64,000 bases of DNA from Eledone cirrhosa (lineage: Eukaryota), in assembly GCA_964016885.1 (NCBI GenBank), contig OZ024742.1, forward strand, positions 191,456,001 through 191,520,000. The letters run 5' to 3'. Below are positions 1-14,149 of the stretch, one piece after another; position 1 is the first letter of the stretch; each line of letters starts with the position of its first letter. Below the pieces are notes generated by a model. It made no database searches, had not been told where the DNA came from, and worked only from the letters and a program-made list of their open reading frames with translations. The position numbers were made by a program, and so were the translations under genes.

Positions 1-1755
1 AGGTGATGGTAGATTTCCTCAGACACAATGCTTGTCAACAGTTTCCACATTAAGGACAGACATGTGATAGGTCTATAGTTGGTAACATCATTACCCTTGA
101 TTCGGTCTTTCATTACCAGAACTGTGGTACCTTTTGTCAACCACTCTGGTACGTCACCTGACATCAAGCAGTCATTGAACATGGTTGTCAGTTTTGGGTG
201 GCGGGATGTTACATTTTTAATCGAATACCTTGCACACCATCTGGGCCAGGTGATTTCCAGTTGGTTAGATTTTTGGCCTGCCCCTTGAGAGTTTCAACTG
301 TGATACTCAAATCAGTTTGTTGGTGTGCCTGTTCACTAATCTCCTTTTGTACTGTTTCAATCCACACTGCCTGGTCATTATGTGTAACATCCTGCTCCCA
401 TATTCCTCTCCAGTATGTCTTAGTTTGTTCCGCCTCAGGGATCAAGTCGTTGCCTTTTTCTTTCCCTTCAAGCTGTCCAAACAACATCTTCTGGTTGTTG
501 TCAAACATGCGGTTCTTTCTATACTGACTGATTCTGCTCTGGTATCGCCTAATTTTTGCACTCTTTGCTACAATGCGTTGCTTCAGTTCCTCTATGATAA
601 TATTTAGGCTTTTCCTCCTAGTTTTGTACTTTATTTCCAGCCTATTTTTAGTGTCTATGTTTTTTAGTGTCCCATTCAGAAGGGACTCACGCTTTCCAAT
701 GTCATTTCTCATTTCCCTGATTTGACCATTCAGTCGTTTCTTCCACCAAGGTTCTGATCTTTCTTGTTTGTTGTTTCCTCTCGCTTTTATGCCAAGTAAT
801 TTCCTCGCCGCATTTGCTGTGCTTTGAGGATATTGTTGCACTGGTGAAGGGTCCTCGCCTCAAGGTATGGGATGACTTTGTTTACCTTAGCTGTTGTTTC
901 TTTTAACTTTTTCCTGTCTACAAAGCTTTCATAGTTCATAGCTTTCCCACTATCATTGTTCATTTCATCTACCACCAAGTTTAGGATATCAAACAAATCT
1001 TGTCCTAGCCTGTCAGCATTCATCTCCTCAATGGCCGTATCTTTGTTCCAGGTATTATTTATTTCAGCATTCAGATCATTGTCTGATTCGGATGGTTCCT
1101 CAGTTCTCTCAACCTTTTCACCTTCATTTCCCACTAGCTCATTTGCCTGGTATACTCCACTCGCCATTTCCAACCTGATCTCTGTTTTCAGTTCCTCCAG
1201 GTCCAGCTCGCTTATCCACCCATTAGTTCTTATTACCCGAACCCGCCCGGCCAATTTTTGTTCATCTAATTTAAATAGACCAATCTCGTTCTAGATGTTA
1301 TGCATCCGTTTCCTATAGCCTTTTTCCTTGGGGTTACTCTTCAGGTAACATTGCATAACAGTTCTATTCAATTCTTTGTCCAGTTGGTTCTGGTCCCTTT
1401 CCTTCTTTTCCTCCGACACCAGCAGTATTTGGTTGACAGCCAGCTCCCTACTGCTGGGCCAGGGAGCACCTGCTGGGTGAGAGTCTGTCACATGACATTC
1501 CAGTCTCCACTTCACCGTTATTCGAACTGTTTTGGTTCGACATTGAAACACACTTATCGAGGATTGGTGAATGTATGGTTACATAACCACCGGTGATTTC
1601 ATCACCTCCGGTGATTTGATCACCCTCGGTGATTTTAGCGTGGCACTATCACGCTGTAGACGAACATAAATAAACAAACAAACAAATAGGTAAACAAAAA
1701 CAAAATAAGCATAAGTAATGTAATGTTTGAATGTCTGACTTAGTTTGTTTTGCTT
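1..1755 (-). mobile_element. R4/Dong-clade RLE non-LTR retrotransposon, family A, 5' half (runs off the window start)
   Basis: Colinear with 46471-48220 throughout. Frameshifted ORF pieces 1291-1551, 787-1254 and 209-841 (PWWKKRL, LTNWKSPGPDGVQG) lead into the RT N-terminus at 1-200. Confidence 0.9.
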
Positions 1756-1849
1756 GTCTGTCTGTCTGTTTGTTTTTCTTTTCTTTTTTCTTTTCTTTAC
1801 GTTTTTCGTTGCTGATGTGCTGTTTTGATTTTTGATTTTTGATTTTTTG

Positions 1850-2775
1850 ATTTTTTGACCGGGTCATCAAATCAGTCTATTTATATCTTGTGATGCTACC
1901 ATGGGAGAGAATAGCGGCGGTAGCGATAATGAGGCAGTGGTGGTGGTGATGTGATCGTAGTACTGTAGTGATGGTGTTGAAGTTGAAGTAGAAATAGAAG
2001 TTGAGGTAACTTGACTAGAGTTTTTGGCGTGGTAATTGTGATGGTGGCGGTGGTGGTGTTGCTGGTAAAATTATTTGCCTGTCTGTCCACTTAGCCATTT
2101 TCTCTTTTTCGACTATAACATTTCTGATCCAATACGTTTTTCGTTGTTGCTGTACTGCTTTGATTTCGATTTTTGTTTTTTTGATTTTTTGACCGGGTCA
2201 TCAAATCAGTCTATTTATATCTTTTGATACCTTCCTCTTTTAGTGGGGACACTACGATGCATTTCTTAGCAGGAGGTAGTGGGAGTGAATAGCGGCGGTA
2301 GAGATAATGAGACGGTGGTGGTGCTGGTGGTGGTGCTGTGCTAGTAGTACTTAGCAGGAGGTAGTGGGAGAGAATAGCGGCGGTAGCGATATGTGATCGT
2401 AGTACTGTATTGATGGTGTTGAAGTTGAAGTAGAAATAGAAGTTGAGGTAACTTGACTAGAGTTTTTAGCGTGGTAGTGGTGGTGGTGTTGGTGGTGAAA
2501 TTATTTTTCTGTCTGTCCACTTAGCCATTTAGCTATTTAGCTATTTAGCCATTTTGCCATTTTCCTCCTTTTTGACTATAACATTTCTGATCCAAAATTA
2601 AATATTAAATATTGGGGCCCTATGCCGTAAATGATGCTTGCTGAACGTAAAAAAATTGTAATCTTATTGTTCATTTGTAATAAAAAGTATTATATCACAG
2701 TTGTTTTACAGAAGTAAAAATCAAAATCTTACGGGAGCGATTCCATAACGATATATATCCACCATGTGCGTTTTC
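1850..2775 (-). repeat. Non-coding module M, copy 1, with an internal duplication
   Basis: Shares blocks with 6520-7265 (tgaccgggtca..tatatc; aaaatcaaaa..cttacgggagcgattccata..tatccacca.gtgcgt). 1850-2130 is duplicated at about 2185-2590. Ends at a (TAT)n tract. Strand is inferred. Confidence 0.7.
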
Positions 2776-2809
<34 letters not shown>

Positions 2810-2811
<2 letters not shown>

Positions 2812-5800
2812 AGTTGCATTTATCTGGCTTTATGTTCATACGAGTTATCACCAAGTCACAACCAGTGACCTCAAGAGACAACAAGGTCCGCCATGTTCAA
2901 GAAAGAACATACATACTCACACATGCATCTTTAGTTGTTTAGACTTGTGATGTACTTATATTGACATAATCTTCCTTAGTATATGGGCAGTTCCCATCAG
3001 TACTATCTTTTGTATTTCTCCTATACGCGGGTTTCCTGGGATTTGCGATAAGTAATCATTAGACCCCTTAGGTATCATTCCTAGAGCGCCTACAACCACT
3101 GGTATTGTTTTATTTCTCAATTTCCACATTTTTCCAATTTCTATCTCCAGGTCCTTATACTTGCTCAATTTTTCAAATGTTTTTATATATACATTCTTGT
3201 CTATTGGAACGGACATATCAATTAGCAGGCATACCCTCTTTTTAAAGTCCTTCAGTATTATATCAGGTCTATTTGCATCTATTTTTCGGTCTGTTTGGAT
3301 ACTAAAGTTCCACAAGATTGAGATGTGATCTTTTTCAAGTATGGGAGGTGGTTGATGGCCCCACCAATTCTTTTGATGGGGCAGGTCAAAATGCTTACAC
3401 TTTATCCAATGTATGTATTGTGCAGCTCTGTCATGCCTGTTTATGTATTCGGTTGGAGCTATAGGACTGCACATTGAAATTATATGGTCCATGGTCTCTG
3501 GTTGTTTTTTACATACACGGCATAATGGGCTGCGTCCATTTTTTATTATGTTGGCGTGGTAATTTTTTGTTGGCAGACATTGATCTTGTGCTGATATAAT
3601 CAATCCTTCAGTCTCCGATTTCAGTCCCGAGGATGCCAACCACTGATGGGTTAAATTTTATGTCAACATCAGGATTGTTAGCTCGTTCTGGGTATTTTCC
3701 ATACAGAGGCTTTTCTTGCCATTTCTTAGCCAGTTTCTGTAGCAGTTCTGTTTTGCAGTTACTTTTACCTGCTTTGCTTTTTCTGTGTTTTCCATTTCAG
3801 CAAGAAATGGGACTTCTGAAATGTGTAGTCCATTACTGTATCTTTGGACATCTTTTGTAATGGAGTGTGATCTTTTGATGCTTTCGTGTTTCAAAACGAG
3901 TTTGATCATCCAATCATGTGATTCCCTTAGATATGTAGATAATCCAATTTTTGCAGTTTTCAACGCAATGTCTAACTGGATTAACCCACACCCTCCTTCT
4001 TTCCTAGGTAGATATATTCTATCTGTATCTGCCTTAGGGTGATGCATTCTGTGCATGGTCTAGAATTTTCGAAGTTTTGTATCGAGCCTACGGATCTCTG
4101 TGCTTGATCAGTTGATGACATTGTAACTGTAAGTTACTACTGGTATGGCAAGCGTGTTTATGGCATCGATCCTATTCCTTGCATTCAATTCCGTTCTTAA
4201 GATTGCTCTTACCCTGCGGTAACATTCCTTCCTTATCCTTTCCCTCATTTTCGAGTGCTTGATTCCGTTTCCTTCACAAACACCTAGATATTTGTAAGTT
4301 TCCTCTTGATCAAGTTCTCTTATCATATACCCTCGATCAAGATTAATGTCTGAATTTTTCAGCAGCTTTCCTCTGGTGAACTTTGCTTTGGCGCATTTAT
4401 CTAGTCCACACTCCATTTTAATGTCATCAGTGAACTGCTCCACAGTGGATAATAGCCCTTGCAATTGTTCATCATTTTTTGCAAATAGTTTCAGGTCATC
4501 CATGTAGAACAGGTGATTAATGGTTTTGTCATAGACTCTATATCCATGTTTTGTTTCATTGAGCATTTTACTTAATTGTATAAGCGCGATACTGAATAAA
4601 AGCGGTGATAAAGAGTCACCCTGAAAAATTCCACAATTAATATTAACTTTTCTAGCTTCCAGTGATTTTGTTTCACTATTCAAAAGGAGTGTCGTTTTCC
4701 ATGTCTTCATATTGAATGACAGGAACCTCCTGACAACGGGAGATATTTTGAAAATCTCTAAACATTTTTCAATCCAACTGTGTGGCAAACTATCGAATGC
4801 TTTTTTATAATCTATCCAAGCAATTGATAGATTTTTGTGTCTATTATGACAATCTTCCAGTATCATTTTGTTAACCAAAAGCTGATCCTTACAGCCATAT
4901 GAGCCTCGTTTACACCCTTTCTGCTCAATGGGAAATAGGTCATTTGTGGTCATATGTATATTCAGTTAGGACTGATGTTAACATTTTATACATTGTGGTC
5001 AAGCAAGTTATCGGTCTGTAATTTTTGGGATTGTTTGTCATTCTTCGGAAGCAGGAATGTAATGCCGTTAACTAGCCATGATGGTATATTTTCTGGCTCC
5101 TTAACTATTTCATTGTAAAGTTGGGCTAACAGCTCATGAGACTCTGTGAAGGCATCTATCCAAAAATTTTGTATTTTTTCTTTTCCTGGGGATTTCAATT
5201 TGCTGGTTTTTCTAAAGAGCCAAACGCAACTGTTCAACTCTTATATTTTCCCATATTTGTTCCTCAATGTGAGCTGTATCTTCCATGTGTGTGTCTACCC
5301 ATGGGGCATGTATATTATGAACATTTTCTGCGGCCCAGATCTTTTCCCAGAATTCTTGCACTGGTATTGATTTAGCAGTTATTGTTGACTTGCCAATTTT
5401 TCTGTAGAAGTTTCTTTGGTTATTTTTGAACATATTATTGTCCTTATAGAATCTAGATCGTTTTTCAAAGCGCCTTATACGAGCAGCTTTGGCCGACACG
5501 TTTCGCTTGATTATTTCTATCATCATGTCTATGTCACTTGTTGATTTTATACTGTATTTTCTTTTCAATTTTCTAAGTTTAGTTTGTTTAACATGTTCAC
5601 CTACTTTGTAGTTTGTTAAAACTTCTATGTCAGGTCGGAGAAGGTTTATTCTCTTGCCAAGTAGATTTCTTGTGGGAATTCCTTTGTTCTTTTCATTTTC
5701 CCTTCGCTGAATTTGTGCTAATAGCTTGATCTTCTCAATTTCCTATATCAGTTAGGAACTTTTTTTTAACAATATTTCTTCGTATATTGGCTACTTTGTT

Positions 5801-6390
5801 ACTGTCAATATAGCCTCTGTTTTCGGGATGTTTCTTTTTCCAGTTGATATATGTCTGTTCTGTATTCGATCTATTTGATGGGTATTACATGACAGTGTAG
5901 AAAGCCTCAAAAACTTCTTCATTGTCTTCCCATGACCATTTTTCTCTCTTTTTCTTTGGATTTCTTGGTGAGCATGGAAGGCCAACAGTAGGAGTATTCC
6001 GATTTTGGGAGATCTCCAGCTCCGAATTGATGGGAAGGTTTGAACCATAAGCTGATTTTTCGACCCCAGTCTGGTTCCTCTCTGAGGGACGCGGCCCTTT
6101 TTGACCCGGGTGACGGCCGATCCGGTATGAGATGTTATCATTTGACATTTACTTTATTTTGTTTCGTTTTATCCTTAACCACCCAGGGGTAATCATTTCG
6201 AGTTACCACTTCTAGGACGAATGTCAACCAAGACTAGAGGGGTTGTCCTCCCCTAGAGACACCACTATTCCCCGCCGGCCGCAATCCCGGTATTTCTTGG
6301 TCACGGGGTTTTCTTTTTTGTTGTTTTTTAAATTGTTATTACCATTAGGGGTTCCTTAATGTGAGCCTTGCGTGGCTTAAGAATGAAATT
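2810..6390 (-). mobile_element. R4/Dong-clade RLE non-LTR retrotransposon, family B, near full length, degenerate
   Basis: RT motifs ([44 protein letters not shown]), CCHC knuckle (CRVC..H..C), RLE (RPDII..LIDMSVP..KLSKY), C-terminus GTAHILRK. The 3' end runs into (TAA)n at 2776-2809 and a TAA-rich tract lies at the 5' end. Confidence 0.92.
2956..6148 (-). pseudogene. Disrupted single ORF (RT, CCHC zinc knuckle, restriction-like endonuclease) of family B
   Basis: ORF pieces 5885-6148, 5212-5568, 4986-5237, 4108-4953, 3658-4056 and 2956-3639 are in the expected domain order, separated by frameshifts or stops. Confidence 0.88.
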
Positions 6391-6519
6391 ATTATTAATA
6401 ATATAATATACTTTTTGTTGAAATTGCCTGCTATTGTTGCTGGCTATGTCGCTGGCCGTGCTGGGGCTTTTTCTATTGTTGGTGGGGAAGGGAGGAGCCA
6501 ACAGTGCGACAGTCGTTGA

Positions 6520-7265
6520 CGTTTGACCGGGTCACTAACTCAATCTAATTATATCCTTTGCTAGCCTCTCCCTTGCCTAGTGATACCACCACCTTCCCCT
6601 TTCTTAAGTTAACAGAAGGTAGTGGGGGAATAGTGGTGGTAGCAATGAAGGAGTGGTGGCGGCGGTGATGGGATAGTGGTAGCATTGATGGAGTGGTGGC
6701 GGCGGTGACTATAGTGATGGCGTTGTCGTTACTGAGTTTTGTTGAATAGACTGTAGTAGTATGCGTTTGTTTGATCTGTATATCTATGTGGTTTGTCGCG
6801 TATGTTTAATATATGTGTTGACATATTTTTCTTAATATTTGAATTAAACATTTCGAGATACAATAATATTAATTATTATTATTATGCTGGGATTGATGGT
6901 TGTGGTGAAATTGCCGTTATATGGCTGTTGTACTTAGTGTTACACAGAGGGGTGATGGGATAGGTGGTGTATCTAGTTTGTGGTGTTGGTGAAATTGCTG
7001 TTATTTGGTTTTTCTATATAGTGTAGACAGAGGGGTTTTCTTCCATTTATAACCAATTTCTTTTTTTAATATAAAATTTATAATACAAAATTGAATATTT
7101 GAGCGATATAACAGGATACTATGGATCCGAATTTCCTGAGAGCTAAGCCTGGCGCTTTATGTCCCATTTGTACTACGAATTGTTACATCACAATAGTTTT
7201 AAATATGTTAAAAATCAAAAACTTACGGGAGCGATTCCATAGCACTCTATCCACCACGTGCGTCT
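6520..7265 (-). repeat. Non-coding module M, copy 2 (diverged)
   Basis: Homologous blocks to 1850-2775; followed by (TCT)n/(TAT)n at 7262-7340. Confidence 0.65.
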
Positions 7266-8089
7266 TCTTCTCTTCTTCTTCTACTTCTTCTTCTTATTAT
7301 TATTATTATCATTATTCTGATTATTATTATTATTATTCTCTTGTCATCGCTGTTACCTTTGCTGGTTTTAATATTTATATCCACATGTTATACTTGTGCT
7401 GGATGTCTCTTTCGATGTTCTCTCTTAATTATAATTGAATATATCCGTTATATAAGATTTACTTTAGAAAAGGTGCTTTCTTTACAAAGCAAAGGCAAAA
7501 TGTTACCAAATGATTATAGACTAGGTTGAGGTCATCTTGAAGCTCTCTGTTTACTAAGGCAGCCGACTTAAACTGGAATAGAAGACGATACTAAATTAAG
7601 CGCAAATTGATTAGCTAGACTAATTTTCTTTTCCCCAAGATTTTGTAACACTAAATATGAAGTAACAATACATAATGTCTGGTGGTTTGCTTTAAAAACT
7701 GTGGAATAAGTGATACAAATACAAATAAAATGCATGTTTGGTAAAAATGCTATGGTAAAAAGAAAGTTGAATAAAATTATATCCAACGGCTACCCATGAC
7801 ATATCTCAGGTTTCTTTTCAGAGGTGTCTCGTACGAACTCCGAAATAGTTTGAGATTTTAGAAATTGATAAAGTAAAATTTTATATATTTTATCATGCTT
7901 CCGATGCTATGTGGATGAAAATCCTATTTGAAATGTCTCTGGAACGAAGAATTATTGGATTCTGGTTATTATTTTAATTTTATTTGACTAGGTAATTGCG
8001 ATTTGTACTGGTTGATGGTGTTTTTTGGTTTAAATAGATAAAGCATTGAAGAGAAAGGAGAGTAGAAGTAGGGAAAGAGGAGGGGAAGA

Positions 8090-8660
8090 AGACAGGAAGG
8101 TGAAGAAGGGAGGATGAGAGGAGAGGATGAGAGGAGGGGATGAGAGGAAGGATTGAGTGGAAGGAATGAGAGGAGAGGATTGAGTGGAAGGAATGAGAGG
8201 AGAGGAGGAGAGGAAGGATTGGGAGTAGAGGATGAGAGGAGGGGATGAGAGGAAGGGTTGAGTGAAAGGAATGAGAGGAGAGGATGAGAGGGAGGGTATG
8301 AGAGGAAAGAAGGAGAGGAAGTGATGAAAAGAGAGGGAGAAAATTCCAAAGAGAAAGAGAGCATGAAGCAGGAGCAGATAAAGAAAATGATTAAGAAATG
8401 GCAGCGGGAGGGAATTGAAGATGACGATGATGTTGAAGATCATTAACTAAAGATGAAGTTGATGATGACAATTATGACGAAGATGGTGATGGGGAAGATG
8501 ACATTAGTAAATGATTGAAATAATAATGATGATTATGCTTCTGCTGCTGCTGATGATGATGATGATGGAGAAGAAAAAAGAATAAAGAGTAAGAATAGCA
8601 GAGTAATGAAGAAGGGAAATTGAAAGATTGAAGGAACTAAGAATAAAAATGAAATGACGA

Positions 8661-8716
<56 letters not shown>

Positions 8717-8877
8717 GTGAGGAGGAGGAGGAGGAGGAAGAGGAGGAGGAGGAGGAAGATGATCTTGATGTGACTGAAGAGGAACTGGGAGGAAACGTAA
8801 GGATAGAGAAGTAAGGAAAAGAAGAATAGAAGCATAAGCTAGAAGAAGAGAAAGAAGAGAAATAAAACATGAAAGAG

Positions 8878-8943
<66 letters not shown>

Positions 8944-9044
8944 TATATGATGATGATGATGACGATGATGACGATGATGATGATGATGACGATGATGACG
9001 ATGATTATAACGATGATGATAAAGATGATGACGATGATGATGAC

Positions 9045-9081
<37 letters not shown>

Positions 9082-9119
9082 GCGTTGATGACGATGATGA
9101 TGATGATGACGATGATGAC

Positions 9120-9154
<35 letters not shown>

Positions 9155-9248
9155 CGATGATGATGATGATGATGACGATGATGACGATGATGATGATGAT
9201 GATGATGATGACGATGATGATGATGATGACGATGATGACGATGATGAC

Positions 9249-9281
<33 letters not shown>

Positions 9282-9308
9282 AAAGATGATGACGATGATG
9301 ATGACGAC

Positions 9309-9363
<55 letters not shown>

Positions 9364-9465
9364 GCGTTGATGACGATGATGATGATGATGACGATGATGA
9401 CGATGATGATGATGATGATGTTGATGATGATGATGATGATGATGACGAGGATGATGGTGACGAAT
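8090..9465. repeat. Purine-rich minisatellite and (GAT/GAC)n microsatellite complex
   Basis: gaggatgagaggag units at 8090-8330; (GAT)n at 8660-8720 and 8880-9460. Confidence 0.95.
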
Positions 9466-9858
9466 TAAAAAGGGGATGAAGCGAAAGAATAGCAGGAGTG
9501 CAATGAAGGAGAATAGAAAGAAAGAAAAATACAGAGAAAGGAAAGAAGGTAGACAAGAAGGAAGGAAGGAAAAAAGGAAGGGAACAAAGATCCTCACAAG
9601 TCGAAAACGAGGGAGAAAAAAAGGCCCAATATAAGCTGTACTGAAAGTACAATAAACGTTAACGGTATCTGCTTCGTTATTCGGTCTAAACATTTACTAA
9701 TGAATCAAATTGTGAATATATATATAGTCAATCGAGAGCCATTTTGGCAACCAGTAGAAGAGATGAATTTTTAAGGCAACCACAAACATCGCTAATTTAC
9801 AAACGAAAAAATATTTTGTGCTTTCGTATTTTTCGTTTGATTTTGTTTTGCGTTTTGT

Positions 9859-10361
<503 letters not shown>

Positions 10362-10646
10362 CATATATGTGGGTTTGTGAACAAGCGAGAAATAACTGGT
10401 TCAGACGTTAATTTCTTTAGATTATTCTCGAGAATAAATTGGTGTAGCTTAAAGCTAAAGAAAAGTAATAAATATTGAAGTGTAGTGTCGCAGTAGGAAA
10501 GAGAAACAGGAGTGTGAGGAGTAAGGAAAGAGTGAGAGAGAAAGAGTGTAGTGTGGGACGAATAGTGATGAATTTCAAGATATATAAATGTTTAGATAGA
10601 GAGAGTGAAGTGTGTGTATGTGTGTGAGTGTGATGGGGGCAGGATA

Positions 10647-10708
<62 letters not shown>

Positions 10709-10789
10709 CAGGAAAGAAGGTTGACATGGTTTGCTATACAAAAAAGGTGGATTTTAGGTGGACTGCATTTAACTATTATTTGTTACCCC

Positions 10790-10860
<71 letters not shown>

Positions 10861-11001
10861 GGCTGCGGTACGGAGAACGTAGAGACGAGGAATCAGGGCA
10901 GTACTCTCTCTCGCTCTCTTTTTTTTTTTTCTCTCACACTCTCTCTCTCTCTCTCTGTGTACCAGAAAGTGTATAAATACCACCATATTACTTGGGCAGT
11001 C

Positions 11002-11052
11002 GGCTTCCTGATGATTTCTCCCGAATGAAACATTTCTAGTCCTGTAGAAGCC
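11002..11052 (+). ncRNA. Minimal type I hammerhead ribozyme in a PLE pseudo-LTR
   Basis: ggcttc-CTGATGA-tttctcccgaat-GAAA-ca..tg-TA-gaagcc; perfect 6-bp stem I; same family as 53255-53301. Confidence 0.8.
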
Positions 11053-11142
11053 ATTTTTATATTAAATATTTATATTCTGTCATGTACTGAGTACCTTACT
11101 TACTGTGATCAACACACACACACACACACACACATATATCTA

Positions 11143-11265
<123 letters not shown>

Positions 11266-11676
11266 TAATAAGAGGAATTCCAACTTTGTCTGATTTACTC
11301 GTTTTATTTACAATCCTTTAAAATATATAATGGTATTATAATGAAATATTATAATAGAATATTAAATTCTAAGTGTTAATTGAACAAGTACTTTCATGCT
11401 TTCGCAATCTTCAGGTTCATAATATGTGGTGACAGTCAAGTTTGCAATTTTCAACAATATATATATATATATATATACGTATATGTATATGTGAATACAC
11501 ACATTCACACACATGCACAAAAAGCAAAGAACTTGCACACACAAACACACACACCACTTTCATATAGCTGCCTGTGTTCTCTTCATCGAAACTTTTCTGA
11601 TGAAGGATCTCTGTCGGACCCTTCTCCATTTCCCCCAATCGTGAACTTAATATAAGTGTATATTTTATTCATATAT

Positions 11677-11710
<34 letters not shown>

Positions 11711-11732
11711 ATGATATATATATATATATATC

Positions 11733-12042
11733 ATGAATCCCAAGTCAACAGGTTATAGTACACCAAATGTCAGCCGGGGCATATCAATGAATCGAAATAA
11801 CAGAAGTGTTCTTTATTTTTTTTTTTTTTTTTTTTGTTCAATATCTAGCTTTCTGATGAGGTTATAATTGTGTCATAACGGGTATCACCGAAATATATAT
11901 AACAGCGATTATGTAATATGAAGCAAAATATACCTTGTTGACTTGTACTTCCTAATTATAAATATACTCTGGAGTAAACAGAGGCAAAAGTGTCGATTAT
12001 AAACAAGCATACAAAAGTGTCGATAATAAACTTACATATATT

Positions 12043-12045
<3 letters not shown>
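11733..12045 (+). mobile_element. PLE pseudo-LTR / retrozyme-like unit with hammerhead at 11848-11906
   Basis: CTGATGA-ggt..acc-GAAA-tatata-TA; flanked by (TA)n; related to 35205-35650 (shared ggcatatcaatgaat and hammerhead). Confidence 0.65.
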
Positions 12046-12090
<45 letters not shown>

Positions 12091-12091
12091 T

Positions 12092-14135
12092 AGTAATAAT
12101 AATAAATTTGAAGACTAAAATCCAAAGAGGGCTCGATAAGGATAAATATAAATTATATAATTAAACCTCTCTTTACAGGTTGAGGCCAACCTCTCGGTTG
12201 TTAATTACCTCGACGTTACCCTAAATTTATCGAATGGCTTGTATTACCCGTATAGAAAGCCGAATGATACGCTTAATTACATAAGTAAGAATTCTAACCA
12301 TCCTGCCAGCATAACGAAGAACCTGGTAAGAAAATTTTCTCTGAGGCTTTCTCGTCTATCTACTAACGAGCATATTTTCAACGACCATTCCACATATTAC
12401 AATTAAGCTCTTGCTCGGAGAGGATTTGTCGATAAGGTAGCATATACAGAGTACGAGAATAGACCTAGAAGAAATAGATCCCGACGCATTATATGGTATA
12501 ACCAACCATATAATATGGAAGTAGCCACACCATTAGCTAAGATCCTTCTCTCCCTTATTACGAAGCATTTTCCCCCTACACATAAATATAGTAACATTTT
12601 TAATAGAAATACTATTAAAATTTTTTACTCTAACACTCCTAACCTTGCACATAACATCACAGCTTCTAATTTAGCTAAACTACCTAGCCGTAGGAAAAGG
12701 TGCAACACTGTAGTTAGTACTTACTGTAATTGTAGGAATTGGGTTGACTGCCACCTATCCGGGAAATGCCTCTCAAGTAACATTGTCTACAAATGTAAGG
12801 TTGCAACACCCACGTCCTGTAGGGCCTACATAGGGTTAACCGCCAATAGATTCAAGCAGCGTCTTTACATGCATACCTTTTCTTTTCGTTACCCTCTAAG
12901 AAGGAATATGACGTCACTTCCAGCTTATATCTGGAGTATAAAAGACAACCACACCCAATTTAATTTACACTGGGAGATCCTAGCTAGGGCTAGATCGTAT
13001 AACGGAAATAAAAGACCATGTGACTTCTGCGCCGCTGAGGCCCTGGAAATACTCTACGCCACAGAACTCATCATAAAAAAAAAATCTGAGGCAATTTCGG
13101 CTTGTAAACATAAATTGCACAAAACTTTCCTGTATTACAGCCCCACATTATATCCTAACGGATAGTACGATCTATACGCGGATATTTTACGTCTTGATGT
13201 GGTAGCTAAGTATATGTTATGTTTATACCATTACTTATTTGTATAGGTAAGTATATATTATCTGTATGTTTTGTGAAGGTACGTATACTTTCTTGTACGT
13301 ATATTTGATTGTATATGTTATGGCGTATATTTTATATATTCTGGTACATATGCTTTTGGTTATGTGTATACGTGAGTTTTGCGTCTATGTGAGTATGCGG
13401 GTTCGTACGTATGTAGGGTGTGTGTATATGTGTACTTCGTGTTTTGGTTGACGCACGTCTCCGAACATATGTGTATTTACATGTAGGTATGTGTGTGCGC
13501 TTGTTATATACGTATTTATTTATTTATATGTTTATTTAATTATTTGTATACACACACACACACACATATATTTATATCACCGTGTATTTGTATACCTATG
13601 GCGAGTGTATATGAATGCGTGTATGTATTTATTTAATTTCAATTGCCTCTGTATTTTATTTACTTTATTCTTAACTCTGAAGCCGAGAATCATTCGGTTT
13701 CCTAGTTAGAATTTTAGTCTACAACTTCAGTTATACCATTTACGTGGTTTTGCCTTTGCGTGCAATTGTTCTCCACGCTCCACATATGTCGTATTATCTT
13801 CGTTTTTTCCGTTCATTGCCAGAGAACGTCTCTATGAACCACCTAATAGATATTAGTCTACGACTTCTTTTATACCATAAACGTGGTTTTGTCTTTGCGT
13901 GTAATTGTTTTTCACCGCTCCAAAAAATGCCGTATTATATTCGTTTTGTTCCCGTTCTTTGCCAGGGAACGTTTCCACGAACCAAAGTATCGTCTTCCTC
14001 TCTTCCTCCGGTTGCAACGTTTTTTGAAATATTCACTTCTGCGTTTACAGATTGACTTTGTTAGTTTCAGAAGATCCCGTTAAGGGTGAAAGCAGCGATT
14101 CTTTGCTTAAACTTTAATCTGTTATTTTAATAAAT
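12092..14135 (+). mobile_element. Naiad-type Penelope-like element, 5'-truncated (RT thumb, GIY-YIG, 3' region, hammerhead, inverted tail)
   Basis: 12165-12420 reads NYLDVTLNL..YYPYRKPN..SNHP. ORF 12515-13165 has CNC..C.LSGKCL..NIVYKC..YIGLT..FKQR..CDFC..E..CKH. 12092-12150 is the reverse complement of the family tail seen at 33836-33871. (TA)n on both sides. Confidence 0.88.
14064..14112 (+). ncRNA. Hammerhead-like motif with CAGAAGA core
   Basis: gttt-CAGAAGA-t ccc gttaa ggg t-GAAA-gca..tgc-TT-aaac; second copy at 33735-33783. Confidence 0.6.
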
Positions 14136-14149
14136 ATATATATATATAT

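Noticed and set aside
8839-9693. Poly-His, poly-Met and poly-Ser ORFs
   Set aside because: Translations of (GAT)n; no unique coding signal.
11596-11660. Isolated CTGATGA/CTGAAGA motifs (also near 36262, 40262, 55397 and 57620)
   Set aside because: No properly placed GAAA and closing stems.
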